Source of the DNA: a virus
Lineage: Duplodnaviria > Caudoviricetes
DNA: 25,300 bases
Reading direction: 5' to 3' (one strand)
Virus record (IMG/VR): IMGVR_UViG_3300028812_000228
Span: 1 to 25,300 of that record
The notes beneath the pieces were generated by a model. The model had not been told where the DNA came from. It made no database searches and saw only the letters and a list, made by a program, of their open reading frames with translations. A program made the position numbers and the translations under genes. This document shows positions 25,081 to 25,300 of the stretch, piece after piece. How positions within the stretch are numbered: position 1 is the stretch's first letter; each line of letters starts with the position of its first letter.

Positions 25081-25300
25081 ATGGCTGTCACGTCGCTGGC
25101 TGAGATCGCGGTCCGCACCACGCAAGTGTGGGGTGGGCTGCGCACCCGGCCCTACTCCATGGGTGGCACGGTCCCGCGCAACGACTGCTCGTCGTACGTC
25201 GCCACCGTCTTGGGTCTGGAAAACCCGCTGGCGTGGTCGACGGTGAACCTGCCGCAGGTGCTGAACCCGATCAGCTTCGACCAGGCAATGCCCGGTGACG
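25081..25300 (+). CDS. NlpC/P60-family peptidase, probable endolysin (5' partial, runs off the window)
   Basis: AGGAGG SD. Manual translation MAVTSLAEIAVRTTQVWGGLRTRPYSMGGTVPRNDCSSYVATVLGLENPLAWSTVNLPQVLNPISFDQAMPGD contains PY..GG, DCS and PGD. Confidence 0.75.
   Translation, partial: MAVTSLAEIAVRTTQVWGGLRTRPYSMGGTVPRNDCSSYVATVLGLENPLAWSTVNLPQVLNPISFDQAMPGD

Larger units (their letters stand above)
1..25300 (+). mobile_element. Siphovirus/prophage DNA-packaging, head, tail and start-of-lysis module (actinobacteriophage-like)
   Basis: Canonical order terminase-portal-MuF-scaffold-capsid-connectors-tail tube-chaperones-tape measure-tail tip-lysin. All genes are on + and tightly coupled, with high GC. 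No integrase or att site is in the window, so free phage versus prophage cannot be decided. Confidence 0.97.

Overview
The whole window is the + strand late (virion morphogenesis) operon of a high-GC siphovirus or prophage, most likely infecting an actinomycete. Gene order: HNH, TerS, TerL, portal, giant MuF fusion, two tiny ORFs, scaffold, major capsid, hypothetical, six-gene glycosylation cassette, head-tail joining genes, tail tube, tail chaperones (GGGAAAA -1 frameshift), tape measure, large tail-tip protein, minor tail protein and the start of an NlpC/P60 lysin. Three things stand out. (1) The MuF minor head protein carries a HEXXH metallopeptidase, a NUDT9-like ADP-ribose pyrophosphatase and two R-S-ExE ADP-ribosyltransferase domains. 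It is broken by a single frameshift inside the Nudix domain, ART1 is flanked by perfect in-frame 32-bp repeats, and two tiny candidate immunity ORFs follow. (2) Four glycosyltransferases and two nucleotide-sugar epimerases are tightly coupled between the capsid and neck genes, and both capsid and tail tube end in Ser, suggesting virion glycosylation with phage-supplied sugars. (3) Three tandem hairpins with a conserved core and covarying stems lie between a terminator and the scaffold start. All calls come from reading motifs and synteny; no database search was run.
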